Source of the DNA: Eledone cirrhosa
Taxonomy: Eukaryota
Assembly: GCA_964016885.1 (NCBI GenBank)
Contig: OZ024755.1
Coordinates: forward strand, 10,912,001 to 10,976,000
Direction: 5' to 3'
Length of the DNA stretch: 64,000 nt
Below are positions 1-13,440 of this stretch, piece by piece; the stretch's first letter is position 1; each line of letters opens with the position of its first letter. The notes under the pieces were generated by a model that was not told where the DNA came from, did no database searches, and saw only the letters and a program-made list of their open reading frames with translations. The position numbers and the translations under genes were made by a program.

Positions 1-1290
1 CAATAACTTTGTCCTCCATTATCACCTCAAAATGCTAATATTACACATTATCAACTTAAACTGCCACAGTTGTAAAACTAACTATTATTTCTGCCATGAG
101 TTATCAAAAAAAAATTCCTTTCATCTAAGTATTTTCTTTTGGTTGTGTTTTAACGCTATTGTATTGTGTTTTTCAGTGTTTCTTTATATCGAATTCATGC
201 ATTTTACTGGGCTTTATTGTATATTGTTGTATTTTATTGTATTATATTTTGTTTTAGTATTTTATGGTATTTTATGATTTTTTTTTTTTTTTAAATTGTA
301 TTCTGTTCATGTGAGAGTGAGTGACTGTGGCCGAAAAGAAAAGGTGTTCTAACTAGCATTTCAAACACTAGCACATTAATTCATACTCATACATATTCTA
401 CACTCAAACACATATGCACACATACACTTGCAGACACCCCAGCTCCCACCCCCCCCACTGAACCATTCTTTCATTCGCGTGTGCTCATACACACTGACAC
501 ATATATACATATGTGTGAATGTATATATATATACCTTTTTATGAATTTTTTTTATTATATTACATTTGGAACTATTTCCCCGCCTTCCACGCACTCTGTT
601 TTCATGTTTGATTAATCGAAGGATAGATTTTATTTTTATTTCTGGTGCCAGAATAACCCCTACTATCACCTACGTTACCATCATCTATGAGACCAATCGC
701 AGTAGTCACTACCATTACCGAAGTCGTCATCATCACCAAGATAACATAAACCCATCATAAATACAACCACTAGCATCACCAAAATTGCCACCATAACCCA
801 CTAACACGACGGAGCTCCTATAACAGCAAAGAGTGTTGTGGGCCTAAGGCAGGCCATATATAACGATGGTGTTCCTATGACTCCATTATAAGGCAAGTTT
901 CATAAGCCGAGGATGCAAAGGAATTTTCCCCCTCTATTTTCTTTCTTCGTTTCCTTGAAATGTAAATTCGTGAGTCAATTGCGCCTCTATTAAAAGAAAC
1001 TCTTACAATTAACGAGGAAAATGTCACATTAAATGGGCAATTTTCATCGTCAGCAACGATTCGATCAATCCAATTTTTATTATTATCTATCATCCCTTCT
1101 CTCTCACACACTCACTCTCTCTCACACACACTCTCTCTCTCTCTCTCTCTCACTCACTCTTTATCTATCTATCTATCTTTCTTTCGCTCTCTTTATATAA
1201 TATATTTAATAGTTATTTCCTTTATATGTAATTATCTACATGATTTGAAAATTTAATATCTGCTCTATTAAATATATTTTATATTATTAC

Positions 1291-1396
<106 letters not shown>

Positions 1397-2146
1397 GTTT
1401 TTGTTGTTTTGTTGTCTTTCCAGTTTTATATTCGCTTTTCCGCCTTTGCTGTTGTTGTTGGTGGTAATAGAGTGGTTTAGTTGTATTTACTTTTGTTATC
1501 GTTGGGGTTGCTGCTTTTGCTGTTGTTGTTAATGATGGTGGTGAGTGATGATAATGGTGGTGGCGGTGGTGGTTGTTTCGTTGCTTCTTTTATTGGTTTT
1601 TGTTCCCTTTTCTGTTGTTGTGTATGTTATTTTGTGCTGCTAATATCATTTTTGTTGTTGTTTCGTATAATGGGTGTAAGTGGTAAGTAGGGGCCAGCTT
1701 AAAAATTAGGGTTTCATTGTTGTGGATAAGATGGTGACAGCTTATTAATTTCTGATGTCCAAATCAATTTCGAACATGAATTTAACGAACTGGTACACTC
1801 CTTAAAAGAAATAAGTTGATTATTAACTATACGAATTTGGGTCGGAATGGCGATGATGATGATGATCATCATCATGATCATGATCATGATGATTGTGCTA
1901 TGGGGGAAGAGGTAGTAATGTTGGTGGTGATGGTGATGGTGGTGCTCTGGTTGTACTTGAGCTGTTGTTATATTTATTGTTGTTGCTGCTATAGTAATGA
2001 TGATGGTATTCATGGGCAAGTAGTAATTGAAGTTATGATGGCGTTGATTGTATTGAGTGTGTGGGGGAGTATTAGTGGTTGGGGTGTTTATGATGGTGTA
2101 GATATGTTCATATATACATATATATATGGGTGTGTGTGTATACGTG

Positions 2147-2184
<38 letters not shown>

Positions 2185-2863
2185 TATATTTATATGTATA
2201 TATATATATTTATATTTATATGTATATATATATATTTATATTTGGTATGTATATATGTATATTTATATTTATATGTATATATATATATTTATATTTATAT
2301 GTATATATATATATTTATATTTATATATATATTTATATTTGGTATGTATATATGTATATTTATATTTGTATTTATATATATATTTATATATATATGTATA
2401 TATATATAGAGAGAGAGAGTGAGAGGGGCATAGATTAATGATGCCGTTGGTTGAACAGTTCATTTTTGAGTTAGGGAGTGAATTTACTGGTGAAGATGGC
2501 AGTGATGGTAGTGTTGGTTTTTGTGGTTTTGATGATGATTGTGGTGATGGTAGTGTTGGTGTTTGTAGTAGTGATGATGATCGTGGCGGTGGTGATGGTG
2601 ATTTATTTGTTGATGATGATAGTGATGACGGGGATTTTGTTGGCAGTAAGAGGAAAATGGTTAATAAGGCAAAGAGCAAGTAGAGTGAACCTGGAACTTA
2701 TGTGTTGTTTTACATATGGGCTCGAAAAAAAGTTTTAATTTACTATTTAGCATTCAATGTAATCAGTACCAAATACAAACTACGCCTAATTTAGGTTGCT
2801 ATGTACATTTATTCGTATTTGTAGTAGTAGTAGTAGCAGTAGTAGTAGTAGTAGCAGCAGCTC

Positions 2864-3056
2864 ACAGAAACACACACAGATTGTATATAAATATGTGTGG
2901 AAATGTGCGTGTATTGTATATTATATATATATATATATATGTGTGTGTATGTGTGTGTATACATCATACATACATACATACATATATATATATATATAAT
3001 ATACAATACACGCACATTCCCACACATATTTATATACAATATGTGTGTGTTTCTGT
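2864..3056. repeat. Inverted repeat, 60-bp arms around a TA/TG/CATA microsatellite
   Basis: 2864-2923 is the reverse complement of 2997-3056 with 2 mismatches; the spacer is simple repeat. Confidence 0.9.
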
Positions 3057-3058
3057 AT

Positions 3059-3089
<31 letters not shown>

Positions 3090-5002
3090 GTTCAAGGAAA
3101 CAACAAACAGATATATATATAAATGTGTGCATGTGTGTGTATGTGTGTGTAGATTGATTGATAAATACCATTATCCTCATTACCCAATACATTATCGATT
3201 CATTGATATTAAGACATTTCCAGGTTTTATGAATTTATCTATGATATATATATATTTTTTTTTTTTTTTTTTTTCACTAACCTACTTCCAATTTGTACAA
3301 CGGTGTCGTTAATTATGGGTGGCAAAGTAGAACGTAATTTTTAAATAAAGAAGTGTTATCTATTGTCTCATTAGTTTACAGTGAACCGTTGATAATAACA
3401 AGTTGAAACCCATTGTTGCGTGTGGTTGACACTTTAGAAACTGGTGTAGAAGTTACATAGTAATTTTGTGAAAGCTTCAATCAGAAACCTTACCGCCATC
3501 TTATATTTAACGCAGCTTGTCATTCCTACGAAAATAAATATTGCAGTTGCGAGCCATTGGGAGCCATTACTAAGCGTATTCTCTCGCTTGTTTTGTTCCT
3601 ATATATTTATTTCCTTTATCGATATTTACGTTAATCTGTTGGGTGGTCGATATATGCACGATGTAGCCTGTAAATATCGGTGAGATTCTACGTATTGTGT
3701 GTATACTTATGCGAAATATATTGTCTGATCGATTACTTTGTTCTACGTTTACAATTAATCTATTGTCACGTGATATTCAGAGATTTCCTCTGTGTAGATG
3801 ATACATCCATGGCGTATGTCAAGTATATAGCATTATTCTAAAACATAGACACGCTCTGAGAGCTAGACAATTATTCAAATATAGACATATTCAGAGCGTT
3901 ATAGACTTATTCGAATTTATAGACTAATTCATGAGCTATTGTCTCCCTAGTATATCATTTTCAGCGTAATTTGTATCTAATCAACATTTACACGCTGTGT
4001 CATTTTAAGGAATGACTTGTGGCCAAATCATCAAAGAGATTTTTACGATAGAATGAATCATAATCAAACATAATCAAACAATTAGGTCCGACCAAATCAG
4101 ATTCCTATTGAAAGATAAATGATTATATATGCTGTTGAATACCGTTTCTAGACTGTATAATTGACGAGGTTTTTAAAGGAGCAATATCTGTAAATATAAA
4201 TCTTGCCAAGATCAACATAAGTAGATATGATTACGATATCGATACGCTAACGTTTGATAGAACGAGCTACCAAAATATAGCGAGAGTTGGTAGAAGTGCT
4301 AGCTTAGTGATAAATTAGATCAGTATGTATTGAATAGAAATATAATCGAACTAGATGTGTGTATGTTGTCGAGAAATGATTTAGTGACTAATACTTCGCA
4401 GAGATGAATGTTCAACCAACCCGAAATGTCACCCTCAAGGTATACTAACATTTAACTTGAACAAACGAGCAGCCTATATGTGATCATCAGAGCAGCTAAA
4501 AATAGTACCCATTACTCATTCAAATAACACCCTGTCGTCTTAAATAAAGGATACATGGATAATCTACTCCTATATGTGTCAAGCGTGGTATGATTGCGAT
4601 CATAGGCCTGCTGAGATTAGGTTAAACAAGAACAACATACACCTTAAAAATACATTCATCAATTGTAGTAGTAGTAGTAGTAGTAGGAGGAGGAGGAGGA
4701 GCAGGAGGTAGTGTTGGTAGTGTTGTCATTATCGTAGTCATCGTTGTTCTTTAGCCCCAGCTCCGCCAAGACACTGTTAATCCCGTCTAATAGAATGCTT
4801 TATGGCATTAGTTTTGGCTCTCTTCACTCGGGGTTCAAATCTCGCCAAGGCTAACTTTGCATTTCATCCTTTCCAGGTCGATAAATGCAATGCTGTTATA
4901 GTACTGAGATCGAATCTTCTCTATCTCTCAACCTCTCAAACACCCCTTCGCTCTCAGTCTCTCTCTCTCTCTCTCTCCCTCTCTCTCTCCCTGTCTCTCT
5001 CT

Positions 5003-5044
<42 letters not shown>

Positions 5045-5130
5045 TATTCTGTAAGGACTTGACTCCATTCATACTTGAAAAGGAATGGGCTAGCATGTGT
5101 TGTTACTGTAGCACTAAGTAAACCACAATG

Positions 5131-5245
5131 AGCATAAGAAGTCGGCAGTGTTCAGACCTGGAGAGAGATGGGTTCTGCCAGATTTAATTACCCAAGACAT
5201 TGAAATGGCGCTTCTGTAACTTCATCAAGAGTTATAAGGACCCAT
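5131..5245 (-). pseudogene. Possible decayed non-LTR retrotransposon RT fragment
   Basis: Minus-strand reading across frameshifts gives ITLDEVTEA...KSGRT...PGLNTADFL, resembling the PIT.EEV..AI..LK.GK.PG.DG..AE motif upstream of LINE RT domain 1. Confidence 0.35.
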
Positions 5246-5915
5246 GGAAACCAGTCATATCTTATCAGAAATATCTACAAATTTATCTTTCTTGTACTCC
5301 TTTTTTACGGATGATATTATGAGTGTTTAAAGAATGATGTGTCTGCTATTTCTAGTATGTGGAACGACTACATAGAGGTACACTTGTTAAATCGATGGTC
5401 CGTTAGTTACAGTGATCCGTTAGCTATCGATTTATCTATTTACAACAAGTAGTTCTGAGATATTGAAGTGTGTATATAAATTTGACAAGTATCAGCCATG
5501 CCGGGATACGAAGGAGTTACACTTAGGTCAGCACTAGCAATTCAGTTGAATGTGATTTAGTTCATCGCCAATATACATATCTATATATACATATATATAT
5601 GATATATATATCAATATATAAAAATGTGTGTGTATGCATATATGTTATATTATCAACAATTGCAGGATCAATCTAGGTATATTATTGTATTTATCTAAGT
5701 TTTATACTTAAAGGATTTTGCATACACACACATATGTATATATGTGTGTGTGTGTGTGCGAGTGAGTATGTGTGAGTGTGTGTGTGTGTGAATGAGTATG
5801 TGTGAGTGTGTGTATGCTACATATATTTTGTTTACATAATCTACAAATAAATAAAGGGATAAAAAGGGAAATATATATGTATGCATGCATGTACACATAC
5901 ACAGACGCGCACACG

Positions 5916-5947
<32 letters not shown>

Positions 5948-6087
5948 ATTGTTTATATAACCTTGCATTGATTCAGCACTGCTAGTTTCTAACTAAAATC
6001 TCCTGATAGGAATAAATATATAAGAAAAACAGAAGGAATTCAATTTACGAGATAGCAAATTTACAAAATGAAAAGATGTAACTTGAG

Positions 6088-6520
6088 ATATTGCCTGCTG
6101 TATATGTTGAGTATATTAGATATCTCGAGTATCACACGTTTATATTATCATATACTGGAAAATAGAGAGACAAGAGCGTGGTGTGGTGTGGTGTGTGTGT
6201 GGGGGGGGGGGATATTGCCTGTTATATATTCTGGGTAAATTAGATATTTCGAGTATTACACGTTCATATATCATACTGGAAAATAATGTGACACGAGTTT
6301 GGTGTTTTGGTGTGTTGGATGAGGTGGGGTGGTGTGGTGGTGATATTGCCGTTTGTATAAGTTGGGTAAAGCGATATCTCGAGTATCACAGGTTCATATA
6401 TCACACTGAGAAATACAGAGACACGAGTCTGGTGTGGTGTGGTGTGGTGGTTATATTGCCGTTGTATATCTTGGACACATTAGATATGTCACTTATTACA
6501 GGCTCGATACTAGAAGTGTA
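6088..6520. repeat. Degenerate minisatellite, about 4 units of 110-130 bp
   Basis: ATATTGCC...GATATCTCGAGTATCACA...GGTGTGGTGTG recurs from about 6088, 6211, 6342 and 6452. Confidence 0.85.
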
Positions 6521-6534
6521 GTATGACACTGTAA

Positions 6535-6815
6535 AGGGGTAAAGACCCCCTTCGATCACCTAGAAAGTTCCCCTCGGAGGCACAAGTTCGAGCAAGGTTG
6601 TTTGTGGAAGACCCGCCAACGACGTTGTCCAAGGGGAAAGGAAAGGCTAAATAGAGCTTAGAATCAGTGACTTGTCGACTCATTTCTTCAGCCGAATGAA
6701 CTGGGGCAACTTGAAATAAAATATCTTGCTCAAGAACACAACAGACAGCCTGGTCCGGGAATCGAACTCACAAGCTCACTAATGTAAGCCCAAGGCCCTA
6801 ACCACTTTGCTATAC
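6535..6815 (-). mobile_element. tRNA-derived SINE, family B (CORE-like centre)
   Basis: Reverse complement has A box AGTGGTTAGG, B box GAGTTCGATTCCC and TTGTGTTCTTGAGCAAGA...CCAGTTCATTCGGCTG, shared with other copies in the window. Confidence 0.75.
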
Positions 6816-7170
6816 AATTATTTATTTGTCCATAAATAGAGCAATGGTAAGATTGAAATGAATTTTCAGAATTGTTTCATATTGATGTTTTTTATGCATA
6901 GCAGTGAGTTCTTACTGCCCAGCTGGTCATGCGTATGACAACATGTCAGTGGATAAGGATGTCAGCTAAGATCTTTATAAAGAAACGCAAACATACAACC
7001 TTACGCGCGTATAGAAATCCCTATATACGTATATATATGTGTGTATGTGTGTGTGTGTGTGTGTGTGGTGTCACTAAAACCATCAATTGCCATAATATGA
7101 ACATATATACATCCATATGAAAGCAACGCCAACGACAAACTCAAACTATATATATATATATATATATATA

Positions 7171-7350
7171 TAGGAACGAGTAGGCTCCCGACGGCTGAGC
7201 TCAAGCCGTTTCGACGGCTAATTCTGACCTGAAACGGCTTGAGCTCAGCCGTCGGGTTCCTACTCGTTCCTATTACCCACTCTACTACCCTAAGTATTGA
7301 GTACTTTGGTGCGTTATGGTCCACCTGGTTCCTTACCACATTTCCTTCGT
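7171..7350. mobile_element. Head-to-head palindromic insert in (TA)n carrying a hammerhead 3' half; putative Penelope pLTR fragment
   Basis: 42-bp arms 7171-7212 and 7231-7272 (2 mismatches). Each arm starts GAAA-CGGCT-tgagctc-AGCCG-TC, i.e. stem III plus a GUC site. (TA)n on both sides. Confidence 0.7.
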
Positions 7351-7370
7351 TATATATATATATATATATA

Positions 7371-7436
7371 TTTATTTATTAAAATAACAGATTAAAGTTT
7401 AAGCAAAGAATCGCTGCTTTCACCCTTAAGAGGATC

Positions 7437-7440
<4 letters not shown>
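7371..7440 (-). mobile_element. TA-embedded fragment with a non-canonical hammerhead-like fold; same family as 12376-12434
   Basis: Minus strand: AGAAGA-TCCTcttaaGGGT-GAAA-GCAGcgattctTTGC-TT-AAACT; near-identical to 12376-12427. Confidence 0.6.
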
Positions 7441-7483
<43 letters not shown>

Positions 7484-7742
7484 GAGAGAAAGAAAGAAAA
7501 AAGAAGGAAAGGTAGAAGTATACCTACCTGTATTTCGGTGGATTGGGTGAATGTTCAGCGTCTGCGGCGAGACTCGTTCACCAATCGATAGGAATATATG
7601 AAATTTCTACTATTTTAGGCGCATGGAGTTCCTTTATTAATAAATGGTTTTGTTCTTTAATAAATCTCTCCACCACTCAAAAACATTAATATACATACGT
7701 ATATGCATATATACATATATATTGCACATACACACACACATG

Positions 7743-7815
<73 letters not shown>

Positions 7816-8120
7816 CCCCTTATTGTACAGCCAACCATGTTACTCTTCATTCTTTCACTATATATATATATATCCTACGGAAATATTTTATATATATATA
7901 TATTTAAGTATGTTGATTCCTCTTGTGTAAGATATATTTGAAGGCATTTTCAATTGAGTTTTTTAATATTACATCTGCAAATAGAATGTGAGTATATATA
8001 TATATACATATATATATATAAACATATATATATTTGAATAAAGAAAAATTACTTCACTTGTGGTTGGTATTCTTTAATAATTCAAATCATATATATATAA
8101 TTCAAATCATATATATATAA

Positions 8121-8316
8121 GGGCCCTGGATTGGCAGTATTGGTAGAGTGTCGAACGCCATGCTTTGCAGCAAAGAGTTACTTCCCTTTACGGACTGAGT
8201 TCAAATCCCGCCGATGTTAACTTTGCCTTTCATCCTTACGGGGTCGATAAAATAAAGTACCAGTAATACACTGGGATAATTGCTGGCCTTGTGCCAAAAA
8301 GTAAAAAAGTAGAAAC

Positions 8317-8320
<4 letters not shown>
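8121..8320 (+). mobile_element. tRNA-derived SINE, family A, full length
   Basis: A box TGGCAGTATTGG, B box GAGTTCAAATCC, centre AACTTTGCCTTTCATCCTTACGGGGTCGATAAAATAAAGTACCAG, tail GTAGAAACAATTAT; closely matches copies at 39581, 39781 and 57086. Confidence 0.9.
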
Positions 8321-8355
<35 letters not shown>

Positions 8356-8883
8356 TATGGATCTATTGTGTGTGTGTCTATATATATATATATATATGTG
8401 TGTGTACGAATGTAGGTATGTAATTATATATACTGTATATAAAATGTATTTAAATATTTATGTATGTATATGTATATATATTGAAAAATTTAAGAGTAGG
8501 ATTTTAGCAAATACCGTTCGTTATTTAGTTATAAGTATGCATGCTGCTAAGTACTTATAAGTACTTATAAATAATGGTATATATTATATTGCTCTATACA
8601 AAATGGTATAGAGAAAGGTACAGTAAGAGAAGTTATAGTAAAATGTACCTTTAGGGAATCGTATTTCTTCTCTCTCACTCTCTTCATATATATGTGTATA
8701 TGTGTATAGTAATATGTATGTAAATATACATATACATACATATATACATATACATATACATATGTGTGTGTGTAGTCCAACTCTATATATAACTGTATTT
8801 CTATATATAACTGTTTTTCTGAAGTCAACTTCCATACAAGTATGTAGTGTATATGTATATATACACACACTATGTACATATAT

Positions 8884-8934
<51 letters not shown>

Positions 8935-9158
8935 TATATATAATGTAAATGTATCTATATACATGTGTATCTTTATTTCATTATCTCATTTATTTGTTAT
9001 TTGATGATGTTTGCTCAAGACTTTCTAATCTATGTATAAAGTGGTGAAAATTTTTCGTTTTAGGATATTTATGTAATTATTGGATTTAAATGTTTGTATA
9101 ATTTTATTATGGCTTTAGTAATGTTTTGTTTTGTTTTCTCTTTTTATCGATATTTTTC

Positions 9159-9197
<39 letters not shown>

Positions 9198-9364
9198 TTT
9201 TTGCAAACTTCAATTGTTTATTTTAACTGAACGAAATTCAATTATTTCTGATATTAAAATAAAGAACTTGATGTTATTAAACTAACCTTACGTGTTTATA
9301 TATTCTTCAATTTCACGAGAATGTGAGAGAAACATTACAAAGCATATACATAAATGGACTTATG

Positions 9365-9580
9365 TCGGTTTCTACGATGGTCGGGGTTTCAGTCAATTGA
9401 TTGACAAAACAGTCTGTTCAAGAAATTAAAGTTCAAGTGGTTGAGACATGTGTTCTCATACCGTAAATCTCTGAGAAATTCTTGCTCAAGAATATAACCC
9501 ACTAACCCACCGCTTGGAATCGAACTCACTACTTCACGCTTGTGGTATGAACACCCTAACCACAAAGCCTGGACACTTCA
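9365..9580 (-). mobile_element. SINE family B, decayed
   Basis: CTTGCTCAAGAA...GGAATCGAACTCAC...CCCTAACCAC as at 6725-6805; left part matches the tail at 30000-30110 in reverse. Confidence 0.6.
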
Positions 9581-10482
9581 TCTGAGAACATAAGTTATCC
9601 ATAAACACACAATCACACATACACACAGAGACACGCGCATACTCACACATTTACAGAGATGCAAACACAATGCCAACACATACACATACGATTCTGCCAA
9701 TTCACTGCCACTACGCACAGTCTGCTCGTGAAATCAAGGTGCATTTAACAGAATCAGACACCTGTCAACTTGACGTAGTTCTTAGGGAAATTCAGAATGA
9801 TGCAGTGTATGTTACAGCTGGCCATTTCAATGAGAGAAACAACTCTTTTTACGAGAGATGTCATTTAGAACACCGTGAAATAATAGGTCTTACCCTTTAG
9901 CAATCGTGAATCAAACCCCCTAACTAGTAAGCCACATATTTTCACGAAAACATCGCTAAACAATATGTTAACAATATAATAACAATATGATAATATTGTC
10001 ATCTCCATCAAGAAAATCACTCAGACACGGACAGTGTTTACTTTGGCAGCGGTGTATTAAAAATGAAAAGAGAAGAAAGAAATACACTCAACAACTAAAC
10101 AAGCAATTAATAGGTTTTTATAATGTGCTGGAATTTGTAGAAATCGGAAGAATAGTAAATTAGCAAACCTAGTGGCAAGAAGACATACTTCAACTGACAG
10201 GATAGTTGATGAAATATGGAAATTAGAACTGCCAAATGATGATGTTGACCTTGATAATGATGATGATAATAATGGTGATGACGATGATAATGACGATGAC
10301 GATGGTGATGATGATGATGATAGTGGTGAGGATGATGTTGATGGTAATGATGATAACGAGGTTGAGGGTGATAAGGATGCTCTTGATGCTCCACGGATAA
10401 TGATAGTAATAGCTGTCTAGATCTTTGGTTGTCAATTCTTTACATATATAAGTATGTATTTCGTTTCATTTTTTCCGTCTTT

Positions 10483-10546
<64 letters not shown>

Positions 10547-10559
10547 GTGTTATACATCC

Positions 10560-10682
10560 ACCGTCCAACAGATTCCACTCACAAGGTATTGGTCAATATG
10601 AAGAAGACGCACAAAGGGACTGAGCCTAGAAACATGTGTTTGCAAAGCGGAATCCTTAACCACACAACTATGTCTGCGCCTA
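10560..10682 (-). mobile_element. SINE family C fragment
   Basis: CTTAACCACACAACTATGTCTGCGCC is the reverse complement of the head seen at 30750. Confidence 0.5.
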
Positions 10683-10802
10683 TGGTAAATACATATCTGT
10701 ACAGGATTTAAGAATATTGCCTAAATGTGTATATGATTATAGATATTAAGTGTATATAATTGTAGAAAAATATACAGTGAGAAAATCGGCGAAATAGACA
10801 GG

Positions 10803-10918
<116 letters not shown>

Positions 10919-11553
10919 CCCACATACATATAGACATGAATACACATTTATACATATATACATGTATACATATATACATATATATGCATATATATTAATA
11001 TGCATACGCACATATATATATATGTATACATATATATATGCACGTGTGTTTATGTGCGTGTGCGTCTGTATTTAAATGTGCATCTATGAGTGTGAGTGTC
11101 TGTGTAGACAGGATTCCAATGCACAAAGAATACGTGATATAAGAAATATTTGAGAATATACATGAAACATTTTTTTATAGAAGAAAAAATTATCATTCCT
11201 CTTAAATAAAATAAGCTTTATCTACAACGATATTTCTACTATAGCTTTTTGTTGTTGTTTTTTGGCTTGTGTAAAAACGTATTCGGTATAAAAAAGCCCA
11301 CAACATATTTGAATTCCGTCAGGAAGGTTTAGATTGAAAAGACGAAACTAAACAAAATAAGTAAACAAGTTAGTTAATATATAATTGAATGTGTATATAC
11401 ATGCATACATGTGTCTTTACGTGTATATAAGTACGCATGAATTTATATATATGTGTGTGTGTGTGTATGTATGTGTATGTTTGAGTGTATGTGTGAATGT
11501 ATATATATATCTGTGCGTGTGTGTGTATATATATATATGTATATATATATATA

Positions 11554-11632
<79 letters not shown>

Positions 11633-12152
11633 TAAGGTGTCATATTTCTGAATGGGTCACTATAGAAACCAATACATAATGGAAATATAGTCCATTTGCT
11701 ATATTATATACATATTTGTTTTATTTTTTCCTCTTTTGTCGACTTTCTTTATTATATTTGTGGCTTGTGTTTTTCGCACATGTGTGTTTATATATTTGTG
11801 TGAATACGTCAATTATATATAATGCTAGAATTCTTCTAGCATTATATATAATATGCATGTGTTTGAGAGTAAAAAGATGTGCGTTAGCAACTGAAGTGCA
11901 TGATAAAGTTATATCTCTGTACATACTGAATGGGTGACTGAGACTGCACCATTGTGTATATAAATATACACCTATCTCAAAATTAGGTATGTAAACATGC
12001 CAGAAAATATGAATTACCTTGTAATTTGAAAAGAAATTGGTAAATACCTTTAATCGATTTTCAGGTCTATATAGAAACATATATTTGATGGGCTTCTATA
12101 CCCATTTGCACTTAGTATATATTTATACATATATATAATGTACACACACACA

Positions 12153-12197
<45 letters not shown>

Positions 12198-12200
<3 letters not shown>

Positions 12201-12364
12201 TTATTCCAGGTTGAATCGGAGGTAACCACAGTAAGTAAGGTACTCAATACATAGCAGACTATAAAAGTTTTAATATAGAAGAGCTTCTACAGGACTAGAA
12301 CTGTTTCATTCGTGAGAAATCGAAACAGTTCTAGTCCTGTAGAAGCTCTTCTATATTAAAACTT
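12198..12364. mobile_element. Head-to-head palindromic insert in (TA)n carrying a hammerhead 3' half
   Basis: Perfect 43-bp arms 12265-12307 and 12322-12364; both start at GAAAC-agttcta-GTC. Homologous non-palindromic copy at 34854-34925. Confidence 0.75.
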
Positions 12365-12375
12365 ATATATATATA

Positions 12376-12486
12376 TTTATTAAAATAACAGATTAAAGTT
12401 TAAGTTTCACCCTTAACGGGATCTTCTGAAACTCATTTATCCTATTCGAGCCCTCTTTGGATTTTAGTCTTCAAGTTTATTATTAT

Positions 12487-12490
<4 letters not shown>
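12376..12490. mobile_element. Hybrid TA-embedded insert made of two repeat fragments
   Basis: Left part matches 7375-7440; right part (TTTATCC...GAGCCCTCTTTGGATTTTAGTCTTCAA...ATTATTACT) matches 46630-46684 with the same TA-abutting end. Confidence 0.7.
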
Positions 12491-12549
<59 letters not shown>

Positions 12550-12710
12550 GAGAGAGAGAGACAGACAGATCTGTGAGCGTAGATATTACATTGATGAGAC
12601 TACTTCTCTGAATTTCACGGATATTCGTCGATCATGCAACTGGAAAACATTTTTACAGGACACTGTATGCATGGCATATATAATGAATGATATATATATA
12701 TATAATATAC

Positions 12711-12742
<32 letters not shown>

Positions 12743-13167
12743 TTGTGTGTGTGTGTGGCTGGCTATGTGTGTGTGTCTGTGTGATCGTGTTTGTGTTTGT
12801 ATATGCATATATTGAATAATTATCAATAATCTGATATAAAAAGCGTGAAAGCCATCCATCCCATACAATTTATCACATAACAAATAGCAATTGAAATGAT
12901 GGTAATTATTATTGATATTGCAGTTTATACCTTCTTTTTTCTCTTGCTTGCAAGAAACTCATAATAGCCTGGGTAATGGCTTCTCTTTTACAAGCCATGG
13001 AGACTTCATAGATCTCTGGAGATGAGAAAATTCTTTCTATTATTGAATCCTCGAATATTGTGGATCAATACCCACAGCTCGTTCCATAGGTTCTCTGAAC
13101 CAGATCAGGTCGTTGGTGTTTATATTGATGTTCAACATGAACACAAATTCACGGTAGTGTCAGTGAA

Positions 13168-13440
13168 GAAAATGTGTGCAGAATGCTAGTTCGCAAGGGG
13201 TGTGATTCTTGTGTGTGGAGAATGAATGGATGACTTATTTAATAAAAGTTTTGAGTAAGGTTTTGCTGTGGTCTCTAGAGAAAATATGTGCAGAACGCTA
13301 GTTCGCAAGGGGTGTAATTCTAGTGTGTGGAGAACGAATGGATGACTTATTTAATAAAAGTTTTGAGTAAGGTTTTTTCTTTGGTCTCTGTATAGAAAAT
13401 ATGTGCAGTGTGCTAGTTCCAGGGGGATGTAATTTTTAGG
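13168..13440. repeat. Tandem repeat, 112-115 bp unit, about 2.4 copies
   Basis: GAAAATRTGTGCAG...GCTAGTTC begins at 13168, 13280 and 13395. Confidence 0.9.

Noticed and set aside
1035-1060. CTGACGA-T-GAAA on minus as a hammerhead
   Set aside because: No stem II and no stem I pairing
6088-6520. Regularly spaced repeats as a CRISPR array
   Set aside because: Eukaryotic context; whole units are homologous, with no unique spacers or cas genes
8121-8215. A and B boxes as a tRNA gene
   Set aside because: No cloverleaf; continues into a multicopy SINE body
10172-10420. Acidic ORF resembling a piggyBac transposase N-terminus (also 2438-2683)
   Set aside because: Acidity comes from (GAT)n repeats; no transposase core follows
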